Of a DNA stretch of 64,000 nucleotides, positions 11,079 to 21,869 are shown piece by piece. The DNA lies in assembly GCA_963789955.1 (NCBI GenBank), contig CAWBMV010000012.1:320001-384000 (forward strand), written 5' to 3'. The stretch's first letter is position 1. Each line of letters opens with the position of its first letter. Made by a program: the position numbers and the translations under genes. Source of the DNA: an uncultured Candidatus Rokubacteria bacterium (GTDB lineage Bacteria; Methylomirabilota; Methylomirabilia; Rokubacteriales; CSP1-6). The notes under the pieces are model-generated. The model did not search any database and had not been told where the DNA came from. It worked only from the letters and a program-made list of their open reading frames with translations.

Positions 11079-11459
11079 ATGCCGATCTACGAGTACGAAT
11101 GTCACGGCTGCCGGAGAAGGGTCAGTCTGCTCGTACTGCGTCCCTCGGCCGCGGAAGCTCCGACCTGCCCCCGATGCGGAAGTCAGGCGCTGTCCCGGCT
11201 GATGTCGCGGTTCGCGACGGTGAAATCGGAAGATGCCCGGATGGACGCGCTGGCCGACTCCTCGAGCCTGGGCGACCTCGACGAGAACGATCCGTCGAGC
11301 GTCGCGCGGTTCATGAAGAAGATGGGCCGTGAGCTCGGGGACGACCTCGGCGACGACTTCGAGTCCGCCATGGACGAAGCCATGGCGGAAGGCGAGGGCG
11401 CCGGGGACGCGGACGCCGAATCTCCGGGCGCCGCCGACGCATCTTCTCCTGAAGAGTAG
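11079..11459 (+). CDS. FmdB-family zinc-ribbon protein
   Basis: MPIYEYECHGC...CPRCGS with an acidic tail. Confidence 0.9.
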   Translation: MPIYEYECHGCRRRVSLLVLRPSAAEAPTCPRCGSQALSRLMSRFATVKSEDARMDALADSSSLGDLDENDPSSVARFMKKMGRELGDDLGDDFESAMDEAMAEGEGAGDADAESPGAADASSPEE

Positions 11460-11473
11460 CCTGCAAGCCTCGA

Positions 11474-12454
11474 ATGAAAGTCTCGATCCGTGACCGGCTG
11501 GAGGCGATAGGGGCTCCTGCGTGGGACGGGCTTGTCGCGGCCTCCCGCCTGCGGTCGCCGTTTCTCTCCTGGGCGTGGCAATCCGAGTGGGCGCGCACAT
11601 TTGCCGCTGACCGCCGGCTCGAGATCCGGTGCGTGGAAGACGGCGGCGGGAACCTGGTAGCGATCCTTCCGCTCTACGAGACGCCTTCCGGCTCACTGGA
11701 GCTGATCGGCGGTGCCGACGTTTCCGACTATCTCGATCTGATTTCGGTCCATGGCAGGGAGGAGGAGGCGTGGATGGCCCTCCTTCAGTCCCGCACGGCC
11801 GAGCGGGTCGAGTGGGAGCTTCACGCCGTACCTGAAACCTCGCCCACCGTGGCCGCGCTGCCGCCGCTGGCCGCCGCCTGCGGTCTCGCCGCATCGACCA
11901 CCGTGGAAGAACGATGTCCCGTGCTGATTTTGCCGTCCTCCTGGGAGACCTACCTCGCCCGCCTGTCCGGAAAGCACCGACACGAGCTCCAGCGAAAGAT
12001 GCGACGCCTCGAACGTGACGCCCCCGATGCCCGGGTGTCGTGCGTGAGCGCGCCGTCCGACGTCGCGTCCCGCCTGGGCGATTTCCTCGCGCTGCATCGG
12101 AGCTCGCGCGTGGGCAAGGCGCGCTTCATGGACGAGCGGATGGAGCGATTCTTCCGGGCCGCGCTCGCGGCATTCGCCGAGCGTGACGCCGCCCGGCTCT
12201 GGTTCCTCGACACGGCGTCGGGGCCGATCGCGGCCTTCGTCACGATCGAGTGGGACGGTACGGTCGGCCTCTACAACTCGGGGTTCGCGCCGGATCGCGC
12301 GGCGCTCTCTCCCGGCGTGGTGTTGCTGGCGCAGCTGATCCGGGATGCGATCGGGCGTGGGCGAGAGAAGTTCGATTTCCTCCGCGGCGAGGAGCGGTAC
12401 AAGTACGAGTTCGAGCCCGTCGCCCAGGCCGTCTACCGGGTGACGATCCAGTGA
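11474..12454 (+). CDS. GNAT-family acetyltransferase (CelD/BcsL type)
   Basis: SPFLSWAW, SDYLD, SPGVVL and FDFLRGEERYK motifs. Confidence 0.85.
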   Translation: MKVSIRDRLEAIGAPAWDGLVAASRLRSPFLSWAWQSEWARTFAADRRLEIRCVEDGGGNLVAILPLYETPSGSLELIGGADVSDYLDLISVHGREEEAWMALLQSRTAERVEWELHAVPETSPTVAALPPLAAACGLAASTTVEERCPVLILPSSWETYLARLSGKHRHELQRKMRRLERDAPDARVSCVSAPSDVASRLGDFLALHRSSRVGKARFMDERMERFFRAALAAFAERDAARLWFLDTASGPIAAFVTIEWDGTVGLYNSGFAPDRAALSPGVVLLAQLIRDAIGRGREKFDFLRGEERYKYEFEPVAQAVYRVTIQ

Positions 12455-13710
12455 ATCTGCACGTCGCGATGCTCAGCGTGCACACCTGTCCGCTGGCCGC
12501 TCTGGGCGGCAAGGAAACGGGCGGGATGAACGTGTACGTGCGCGAGGTCTCTCGCGAGCTCGGACGCATGGGGATGACGGTCGACGTCTTCACGCGCTCG
12601 CAGAACCCGACGATTCCGCGTGTGGTGTCGCTCGGCGAGCGCGCCCGTGTCATCCACCTGCCGGCGGGAGACGAAGCGCCGATGGCCCGCGTCCGCGTCC
12701 ACGAGCACCTGGACGAGTTCGTCGACGGCGTCGAGGCGTGGCGCATCGCCCGGTCGATCGACTACGACCTGATCCACGCCCACTACTGGCTCTCCGGGGT
12801 CGCCGGGCTCAGGCTGAAGGAGCGCTGGTCGGTGCCCGTCATGCAAATGTTCCACACCCTGGGCCGGCTGAAGAACCGAGTCGCCCGGACCGCGGCGGAG
12901 CAGGAGCCCGCGATCCGATTGCACGAGGAGATGCGGATCGTCGGCGCCTGCGACCGCATCGTGGCGGCCAACGTCGTCGAGCGCGCCGAGCTCCTGCGCG
13001 ACTACGGCGCCGCCGCCTCGCGCATCGCGACGATTCCGTGCGGCGTCGACACCGACCTCTTCGTGCCCGGCGATCGCGCGGCCGCGCGCGCCCGCCTCGG
13101 GCTCGACGACCAGCCGGTGCTGCTGTGGGTGGGCCGCGTGGCGCCGATCAAGGGGCTCGACACCTTGCTCGACGCGGTCGCGCGGCTGCGCGGGACCGGC
13201 CGGGCCGTCCGCCTGCTGATCGTGGGCGGCGATGCCGACGAGCCGATGAGCGAGCACGAGGTGTCGCTGCGCGACCGCATCGAGCGCCTCGATCTGGCCG
13301 ACTCGGTCTGCTTCGTCGGCCCTCAGCCCCAGAACGTGCTGCCCCTCTACTACGCCGCGGCGGACGTGACGGTCCTGCCCTCGTACTACGAGTCGTTCGG
13401 CATGGTCGCGCTCGAGGCGATGGCGTGCGGGAGCCCCGTCATCGCCTCCCGGGTCGGCGGGCTGGTCACCACGGTGCGCGACGGCGTCACGGGCTTCCTG
13501 ATTCCGGAAGCCGACGTCGACGCGCTGGCCGAGCGGATCGACGCCCTCGTCGCCGATCCCGACCTGCGCTGGCGCGTGGGCCGGGAGGGCGTGCGCTGGG
13601 CGGCCCAGCACCGCTGGGCCTGTGTCGCCGAGGCGGTCTGCCGCGAGTACGCCTCGCTCGAGTCCCGCGCCGGCGCGCATCTGGACGCGGCGCGCTGCCG
13701 CGAAGACTGA
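12451..13710 (+). CDS. GT4 glycosyltransferase, MshA-like
   Basis: SVHTCPL...GGMNVYV, IHAHYWLSG and ESFGMVALEAMACG motifs. Confidence 0.85.
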   Translation: MNLHVAMLSVHTCPLAALGGKETGGMNVYVREVSRELGRMGMTVDVFTRSQNPTIPRVVSLGERARVIHLPAGDEAPMARVRVHEHLDEFVDGVEAWRIARSIDYDLIHAHYWLSGVAGLRLKERWSVPVMQMFHTLGRLKNRVARTAAEQEPAIRLHEEMRIVGACDRIVAANVVERAELLRDYGAAASRIATIPCGVDTDLFVPGDRAAARARLGLDDQPVLLWVGRVAPIKGLDTLLDAVARLRGTGRAVRLLIVGGDADEPMSEHEVSLRDRIERLDLADSVCFVGPQPQNVLPLYYAAADVTVLPSYYESFGMVALEAMACGSPVIASRVGGLVTTVRDGVTGFLIPEADVDALAERIDALVADPDLRWRVGREGVRWAAQHRWACVAEAVCREYASLESRAGAHLDAARCRED

Positions 13711-13767
13711 CCGGCCGACCAGCCTCGCTCCCGTCCCCGTCGGCTGAAGTGCTACACTGCGGCCGCG

Positions 13768-14769
13768 GTGGGCACCCTCCTCGAGGTTAAAAACCTCAAG
13801 ACGCATTTCGTGACGCGCAGCGGCGTCGTGCGCGCGGTCGATGACGTTTCCTGGGACGTGGGCGAGAGCGAGACCGTCGCGCTCGTGGGCGAGTCCGGCT
13901 GCGGCAAGAGCGTCAGCGCGCTGAGCATCATGCGGCTCGTGGCCGGCCCGTCCGGCCAGATCGTCGGCGGCCAGATCCTCTTCAAGGGCCGCGATCTCCT
14001 GCGGCTCTCCGAAGAGGAGATGCGCCACGTGCGAGGGCGCGAGATCGGCATGGTCTTCCAGGAGCCGATGACCTCGCTCAATCCCGTGCTGACGATCGGC
14101 CGCCAGATCACCGAAGGGCTGGAAATTCATCTGGGACTGGCGCCGACCGAGGCGCGGCGGCGCTCGGTCGAGCTGCTCGGCATGGTCGGCATTCCCGACG
14201 CGGAGCGACGCCTGCCGCAGTACCCGCACCAGTTCAGCGGCGGCATGCGGCAGCGGATGATGATCGCGATGGCGCTGGCCTGCAATCCGGCGCTGATCCT
14301 CGCCGACGAGCCGACCACGGCGCTCGACGTGACGATCCAGGCGCAGATCCTGGAGCTCATGAAGGATCTGTCGCGACGCTTCGGCGTCGCCCTCTTGATC
14401 ATCACGCACAACCTGGGCGTCGTGGCCCGGTACGCCGACCGCGTGAACGTCATGTACGCCGGCAAGATCATCGAGCGCGGCACCGCGCGTGAGCTCTACG
14501 CCAACCCGCGACATCCGTATACGCTCGGTCTCCTGCGCTCGGTGCCGCGCCTGGACGAGCCGCGTCGCGCGCGACTGGATCCGATCGAGGGCCAGCCGCC
14601 CGACCTGACGCGTCTGCCGACCGGGTGCGCCTTCAGCGCCGCGCTGCGCCTTCAGCGTCGACCGGTGCCGCGTCGAGACGCCGCCCCTGCGTCCGGTGAG
14701 CGGGGGCGGCCACGTGAGTGCCTGCTGGGAAGCCGAGAATCTCGACCGGGCCCGGACCGCGGCGCGAAC

Positions 14770-14773
<4 letters not shown>
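13768..14773 (+). CDS. oppD: Peptide ABC transporter ATP-binding protein (OppD/DppD); frameshift near 14640
   Basis: [16 protein letters not shown] and DEPTTALD motifs. Confidence 0.9.
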
Positions 14774-15751
<978 letters not shown>

Positions 15752-15833
15752 CTCCCGACCATGCTCTGCTCGATGCTGAAACCGCTCGTGCTCGATGCTG
15801 GTTATCCTAGCAAGACCTTCGAAGGAGAAACGA

Positions 15834-17429
15834 ATGCGACACTACCTCTATAGCCTCGTCATCGCGATCGTCGCCGTCGCGCTGGCCGGCCCAGCCACGG
15901 CTCAGGACAAACCCCGATACGGTGGCGAGCTGGTCTTCGCGGTGCCGTCCGAGCCGCCGTCCTACGATGCCCACCGCGAGGAGACGTTCGGGGTCATCCA
16001 CCCGGTGGCCCCGCACTACAGCACGCTGCTTCGGCCCGATCCGACCGACAAGCTGGCGGCGAAGATCGTCGGAGACCTCGCCGAGTCGTGGACGATCTCG
16101 AAGGACGGCCGGACCTACACGCTCAAGCTCCGGCATGGCGTCAAGTTCCACGACGGTAGCGAGATGACGTCCAAGGACGCCAAGGCCAGCTACGACAAGA
16201 TCATCTTTCCGCCGGCCGGCGTCGCCTCGGACCGCAAGGGCGAGTACCTCGATGTGGAGGCCGTGCAAGCGCCGGATCCCTACACGCTCGTCTTCCGGCT
16301 GAAGTGGCCGTCCGGCTCGTTCCTGATGTCGTTGGCCTCCCCGTGGAACTGGATCTACAAAGCCGACATTCTGGCCAAGGACATGCGCTGGTACGAGACC
16401 CATGTGATGGGCACCGGGCCCTTCATCTTCGTCGAACACGTGAGAGGGTCCCACTGGGTCGGCAAGAAGAATCCGAACTACTGGGACAAGGGCAAGCCGT
16501 ACCTGGATGGTTACCGGGCGATATTCATCAAGGACTCCGCCGCCCAGGTTGCGGCCGTTCGCGGCGAGCGGGCGCACATCCAGTTCCGGGGGTTCTCGCC
16601 GGCCGAGCGCGACAGTCTCGTCCAGGCTCTCGGTTCCAAGATCACCGTGCAGGAGAGCCCCTGGGACTGCGCGCTGCTGGTGGCCATGAATCATGAGAAG
16701 AAGCCGTTCGACGACAAGCGGGTCAGGCGCGCCCTCTCGCTCGCGCTCGATCGATATCAGGGCTCGCAGGCGCTGTCGAAGATCGCCATCGTCAAGGAAG
16801 TCGCCGGCGTGCAGGTACCCGGGACGCCGTTCGCCACGCCGCCGGCCGAGCTCGAAAAGCTGACCGGCTATGGCCGCGACATCACAAAGTCGCGCGCCGA
16901 GGCACGGCGGCTCCTCAAGGAGGCCGGCGTCGCCGACGGGTTCGCGTTCACGTTCAAGAATCGGGGTATCCCGATGCCCTACGAGCCGGTCGGAGTCTGG
17001 CTGATCGACCAGTGGCGGCAGATCGGCCTCAACGTCAAACAGGACGTGATCGAGGCGGCCAAGTACTACGCGGAGCTCCGCGGCGGCAACTTCGAGGTCG
17101 CGATGGACTTCCAGTGCGGCTACATCGTCGAGCCCGACCTCGACCTCTACAAGTTCCAGTCGAAGGACAAAAGTCCGGCGAACTACAGCCGTTACACCGA
17201 CTCGGTGCTGGACGAGTTCTACGAGAAACAAGGCCGCGCCGTGGACACCGAGGAGCGCAAGAAGTACATCCGTGAGTTCGAGCGCCGCCTCGTCGACGAG
17301 GAGGCGCACTACCTGTACACGCTCCAGTGGCATCGGATCATTCCCCACAGCTCGAAGGTCAAGGGCTGGACGATCACGCCGAGCCACTACCTGAACAACC
17401 AGCTCGATACCGTCTGGCTGACGGAGTGA
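15834..17429 (+). CDS. ABC transporter substrate-binding protein (family 5)
   Basis: AAGGAG RBS, signal peptide, LAESW...VKFHDG and GTGPF motifs. Confidence 0.92.
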   Translation: MRHYLYSLVIAIVAVALAGPATAQDKPRYGGELVFAVPSEPPSYDAHREETFGVIHPVAPHYSTLLRPDPTDKLAAKIVGDLAESWTISKDGRTYTLKLRHGVKFHDGSEMTSKDAKASYDKIIFPPAGVASDRKGEYLDVEAVQAPDPYTLVFRLKWPSGSFLMSLASPWNWIYKADILAKDMRWYETHVMGTGPFIFVEHVRGSHWVGKKNPNYWDKGKPYLDGYRAIFIKDSAAQVAAVRGERAHIQFRGFSPAERDSLVQALGSKITVQESPWDCALLVAMNHEKKPFDDKRVRRALSLALDRYQGSQALSKIAIVKEVAGVQVPGTPFATPPAELEKLTGYGRDITKSRAEARRLLKEAGVADGFAFTFKNRGIPMPYEPVGVWLIDQWRQIGLNVKQDVIEAAKYYAELRGGNFEVAMDFQCGYIVEPDLDLYKFQSKDKSPANYSRYTDSVLDEFYEKQGRAVDTEERKKYIREFERRLVDEEAHYLYTLQWHRIIPHSSKVKGWTITPSHYLNNQLDTVWLTE

Positions 17430-17436
17430 CCGATCG

Positions 17437-17611
17437 ATGAATCCCGTGGGTGCGCGATTTCGAGCGGCGGCTGCTGGACGAGGAGGCGCACTACTTCTAC
17501 ACGCTCCAGTGGCACCGCATCATCCCGCACAGCGCCAAGATGCACGGCTGGACCGTCACGCCCAGCCACTTCGTCAACAACCAGCTCGACGGCGTGTGGC
17601 TGAGCGAATAG
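17437..17611 (+). pseudogene. Remnant of a paralogous family 5 SBP (C-terminal 53 codons only)
   Basis: 17450-17611 translates to VRDFERRLLDEEAHYFYTLQWHRIIPHSAKMHGWTVTPSHFVNNQLDGVWLSE*, 41/53 identical to the upstream SBP tail by hand alignment. Confidence 0.85.
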
Positions 17612-17624
17612 CGGGCGCGCGGTC

Positions 17625-18578
17625 GTGACCAAGTACATCGTCAAGCGCCTGCTGCTGATGATTCCGACCTTGCTCGGCGTCGCGGTGCTCATCTTCTTCC
17701 TGATGCGGATCGTGCCCGGCGACATCGTCGAGCTGCGCTTCGCCGGGGAGAGCGCCTACGCGTCGAAGGAGAACCTCGACAAGGAGCGGGCGCGGCTCGG
17801 GCTCGACAAGCCGGTCTGGCAGCAGTTCGTCAGCTGGATGGGCGGGCTCGTGCGCCTCGATTTCGGGACCTCGATGTGGACGGGGGCGCCGATCGCGGAG
17901 GAGATCAAGCTGCGGTTCGCGCTCTCGCTCCAGCTCGCGATCATGGCGACGATCGTCGCCATCCTGCTGGCGATCCCGCTCGGCGTGATCGCCGCGCTCC
18001 GGCAGGACACGTGGATCGACTACGTGGTGCGCGTCATCTCGATCGCCGGGCTGGCCACGCCGTCGTTCTGGCTCGGCATCGTGTTCATCCTGGGTCTCTT
18101 GATCATCTTCAAGTGGCTGCCGCCGATGGTCTACACGCCGTTCTGGGTCAACCCCGTGCAGAACCTGGCGCAGCTGATCTGGCCGGCGCTCGCGGTCGGC
18201 TACCGCTACTCGGCGGTGGCCACGCGCATGACGCGCTCGGCGATGCTCGAGGTGCTGCGCGAGGACTACATCCGCACGGCGCGCGCGAAAGGGGTCTGGG
18301 AGAAGCTGATCCTGTCGCGTCACGCCCTGAAGAACGCGATGCTGCCCGTGCTCACGGTCATCGCGCTCGAGTTCGCCTTCCTGATCGGCGGGCTCGTCGT
18401 CACCGAGCAGGTCTTCAACCTGAACGGGCTCGGCATGCTCTTCGTGGAAGCGGTCGGCCACCGCGACTACACGCTCACGCAGGCGCTCGTCATGCTGGTG
18501 GCGTTCGTCTTCATCTTCGTCAACTTCCTGGTCGATCTGGCGTACGCGTGGATCGACCCGAGGATCCGGTTCCGCTGA
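17625..18578 (+). CDS. Peptide ABC permease (OppB/DppB)
   Basis: DYIRTARAKG and HALKNA motifs. Confidence 0.92.
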   Translation: MTKYIVKRLLLMIPTLLGVAVLIFFLMRIVPGDIVELRFAGESAYASKENLDKERARLGLDKPVWQQFVSWMGGLVRLDFGTSMWTGAPIAEEIKLRFALSLQLAIMATIVAILLAIPLGVIAALRQDTWIDYVVRVISIAGLATPSFWLGIVFILGLLIIFKWLPPMVYTPFWVNPVQNLAQLIWPALAVGYRYSAVATRMTRSAMLEVLREDYIRTARAKGVWEKLILSRHALKNAMLPVLTVIALEFAFLIGGLVVTEQVFNLNGLGMLFVEAVGHRDYTLTQALVMLVAFVFIFVNFLVDLAYAWIDPRIRFR

Positions 18579-19481
18579 TGGCGATCGGACGACCGGTCGA
18601 GGCCGTCGCCGATGTCCCCGAGGCCGCGCCGCGGCGCCGGTGGCTCGCGGTGGTCGGCGAATTCTGTCGCCAGCGGCCCCTGGGCGCGCTCGGCGCCGCC
18701 GTCGTCGCCGTCAACATCCTGGTCGGCCTCGGTGCCAACGTGATCGCGCCCTACGATCCGCTGGCCACCGACTACGGCGCGATGCTCGCGCGCCCGTCGA
18801 CGGCGCACTGGCTCGGCACGGACGCGTTCGGTCGAGACGTGCTCTCGCGCATCATCTACGGCTCGCGCACGGCGATGCTGGTGGGCTTCGCGTGCGCGTT
18901 CCTCGGGGCCACGGTCGGGGCCGTGATCGGCGTCGCCAGCGCGTACTTCGCCGGCAAGGTCGATCTGCTCGTGCAGCGGGTGATGGACATCTTCCTCGCG
19001 TTTCCGCTGATCATCCTGGCGCTCGCGGTGGTGTCGATCCTCGGGCACCGGCATCGGCAACGTCATCGTGGCCATCGCGATTCCGATGATTCCGCGCGCC
19101 GCGCTCGTGGCGCGGTCGAGCGCCTTGGCGATCCGCGAGATGCCGTACGTCGACGCGGCGCGCGCGGCCGGCTTCCGGCACCGGCGCATCATCCTGCGCC
19201 ACATGCTCCCGAACGTGATGGCGCCGTACCTCATCATGCTCACGGCGTATCTCGGTCAGGCGATCCTGGCCGAGGCCTCGCTCACGTTCCTCGGGCTCGG
19301 CGTCTCCGAGCCGACGCCGGCATGGGGCCTGATGCTGAGGGGCGCCGCGGTGCAGTTCGCCGAAGCGGCGCCGTGGATGGCGATCTTTCCGGGCCTCGCG
19401 ATCAGCCTGGCCGTCTTCGCCTTCAACCTGTTCGGCGACTCGTTGCGCGATGCGCTAGACCCGCGGCTCCGCGCGCAGTGA
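18578..19481 (+). CDS. Peptide ABC permease (OppC/DppC); frameshift near 19045
   Basis: HWLGTDAFGRD and GDSLRDALDPR motifs. Confidence 0.9.
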
Positions 19482-19527
19482 CGGCGTCCGATACCGGCGC
19501 GAAAGCGGCCCCAACTAAGCGGAAATC

Positions 19528-19556
19528 TTGACACATTGCGTAGATTCGGGTACAAA
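19528..19556 (+). promoter_or_regulatory. Sigma70-type promoter for the ferredoxin gene
   Basis: TTGACA-17 nt-TACAAA. Confidence 0.65.
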
Positions 19557-19618
19557 AGCCGATGGCTTCGGAAGAAATAAACGCGCCGTCCACAGGCGCT
19601 CGCTAGCGGGAGGACTCG

Positions 19619-19885
19619 ATGCCGTACATCATCGCTGAACCGTGCATCAACGTGAAGGACAAGGCCTGCGTCGAGGTCTGTCCGGTGGATTGCATCTACG
19701 AAGGCGAGACGATGCTCTACATCCATCCGGACGAGTGCATCGACTGCGGCGCTTGTGAGCCCGTGTGCCCGGTCAAGGCGATCTTCGCGGAAGACGAGAC
19801 GCCGGATCAGTGGAAGAGCTTCATCGAGCTGAACAAGAAGTTCTTCAAGGACAATCCGGGAGTCAAGCCGGCCACCAAGTCCTAG
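19619..19885 (+). CDS. fdxA: Ferredoxin (FdxA, 3Fe-4S/4Fe-4S type)
   Basis: CINVKDKACVEVCPVDC and CIDCGACEPVCP motifs; GGAGG RBS. Confidence 0.95.
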   Translation: MPYIIAEPCINVKDKACVEVCPVDCIYEGETMLYIHPDECIDCGACEPVCPVKAIFAEDETPDQWKSFIELNKKFFKDNPGVKPATKS

Positions 19886-19977
19886 CTGCACACGTCCAAC
19901 GGCAGCGCGCCAGGCCCGCAGGGCATTCACCGGAGTGCGGCGGGCCTGATTCTTTTGCAAAACCACTCGTTCGTGAC

Positions 19978-19992
19978 TGGCATGCCGGTTGC
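19978..19992 (+). promoter_or_regulatory. Sigma54 -24/-12 promoter
   Basis: TGGCATGCCGGTTGC (GG-N10-GC). Confidence 0.65.
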
Positions 19993-20006
19993 CGATATGA
20001 CGAGTC

Positions 20007-20243
20007 ATGAACTCAATGCCCGGACCGAGTCCGACCGCTCCCTCGTCCACGCCCGGCTATCACGGCGCAGTGTCCGACTTCAAACGGCGGCTCATCGAGG
20101 CGACGCTCCATCAAGCGCGCGGCAACCGCACGCACGCGGCGCGCGCGCTCGGGCTGCAGCGGACATACCTGCTGCGCTTGATCCGCGATCTCGGCGTCGC
20201 GGCGCCGCCGCCACCGCCGCGCCGGAGGCGACCCGCCGCGTAG
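20007..20243 (+). CDS. Stand-alone Fis-type helix-turn-helix protein
   Basis: LIEATLHQARGNRTHAARALGLQRTYL motif. Confidence 0.8.
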   Translation: MNSMPGPSPTAPSSTPGYHGAVSDFKRRLIEATLHQARGNRTHAARALGLQRTYLLRLIRDLGVAAPPPPPRRRRPAA

Positions 20244-20285
20244 AAGTTGACCTTTGGCGACCCGCCCGGCAATCTGTGGGCCGCC

Positions 20286-21408
20286 ATGCGTGACGTGTGG
20301 ATCGCCGGCGCCGACATGACTCGCGTCGGCCGACTGCAGGAGCCGCTGCAAGACTTGATGGCCGTCGCCGCCCATGCGGCGCTGCGGAGCGCCGATCGCG
20401 ATCGACCCGATTCGATCGTCGTCGCGACCATGAACCCCGAGGAGTTCCTGGGCGACGGCAACTTCGCCTCGAACGTCGCGACCCACATGGGCTTCGCGAA
20501 CGTCCCGGCGATCCGGGTCGAGACGGCGACGTCGTCGGGCGCGGCGGCGTTCTACACGGGCTTCGCGCAGATCGCCTCGGGGCTGGCCGATACGGTCGTC
20601 GTGGTCGGCGGCGAGAAGATGACGCATCTGCCGACGCCCAAGGTGTCGGAGCTGATCGGACGCTCGCTCGATCCGTACGAGCGCTCGTACGGAACCACCA
20701 TGCCGGCGTTCGCGGCGCTCGTCACCCGCGCCCTGATGGCGCGAGGGGTCACCGAGCGCGAGATCGCACAGGTCCCTGTCAAGAATCACGCGAACGGGGC
20801 GCGCAATCCGCTCGCTCACTTCCGCGAAGCGATCACGCTCGAGATGGTGCTCGGCAGCCGCATGGTGGCCGATCCGCTGCGTCTCTTCCATTGCTGTCCG
20901 ATCTCCGACGGCGCGGCCGCGGTGGTGCTGACCTCCGAGCGTGCCACCGTGCGCGTGGCCGGCGTGGGGCAGGGGACCGACGCGCTGGCGCTCCGGCATC
21001 GCGAGAGCCTCACGAGCTTTCGGGCGACGCAGGCGGCCGCGAGCGCGGCATTCAAGATGGCCGGCTTCGGCGCCGAGCGGATCGACGTCGCCGAGATCCA
21101 CGACGCGTTCGCGCCGTTCGAGCTCATCTCGCTCGAGGACGTGGGGCTCTTTCCCGCGGGCAAGGCGGGACCGGCCACCCTCGACGGCGAGACCGCGCTC
21201 GAGGGACGCCTGCCGATCAACCCGTCGGGCGGGCTCAAGGCGCGCGGCCATCCGCTCGCGGCCACGGGGCTCGCGCAGATCGTCGAGTGCGTCTGGCAGC
21301 TGACCTGGTGCGTGCCGCGCCGCCAGGTCGAAGTGCAGCGTGGCGCTCGCCCACTCGATCGGCGGCCCCGGCACCAACAACTGGGTCACTATCCTCGAAT
21401 CCCAATGA
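20286..21408 (+). CDS. Thiolase-fold protein (SCP2/archaeal type) lacking the N-terminal catalytic Cys; frameshift near 21335
   Basis: CCPISDGA, EIHDAF, NPSGGL..GHP and HSIGG motifs. Confidence 0.85.
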
Positions 21409-21869
21409 GCGCCATGCGCGCGGGAAGCCGGGACTCGGCGTTGATCGAGCACCTCGCGGCGTCTCGTTGTCCCGAGTGCCGGCTCGTCGCCGCGCCGCCT
21501 TCACGCTGGTGTCCGCGCCATCCGGTCGAGATGACGCCGACCTCGGTGATGGGCGGCGGTGAGGTCGTCTCGTTCACGACGTTGCTCTCGCCACCCGAGG
21601 GCTTCCGCTCGCCGCTTCACATCGCGCTGGTCGATCTGGTCGGCGGCGCGCGGCTCGTCTGCCACGGCGACAAGACCCAGGGGCTCAAGATCGGCTCATG
21701 GGTGGCCATCGAGGCGGTTGGCAACATCTACTACTTCTCGCACCTCGGCGCGCTCGATCGCGCGAAGCTCTTCTGGCGACGCGCGGGCCGAGCCGGTGAG
21801 CGCATGAGCGCGATCGCGCAGAGTCTCGCGAAGCGCGCCTGGAAAGGACGACTCCGTGGCGAAAGCTAA
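21405..21869 (+). CDS. Zn-ribbon/OB-fold DUF35 (ChsH2-like) protein
   Basis: CPEC...CPRH and GEVVSFT motifs; ATGA overlap with the thiolase gene. Confidence 0.8.
   Translation: MSAMRAGSRDSALIEHLAASRCPECRLVAAPPSRWCPRHPVEMTPTSVMGGGEVVSFTTLLSPPEGFRSPLHIALVDLVGGARLVCHGDKTQGLKIGSWVAIEAVGNIYYFSHLGALDRAKLFWRRAGRAGERMSAIAQSLAKRAWKGRLRGES

Noticed and set aside
20247..21869. Apparent thiolase-DUF35 fusion
   Set aside because: The thiolase C-terminal motif HSIGG is in another frame and ends at an ATGA overlap.
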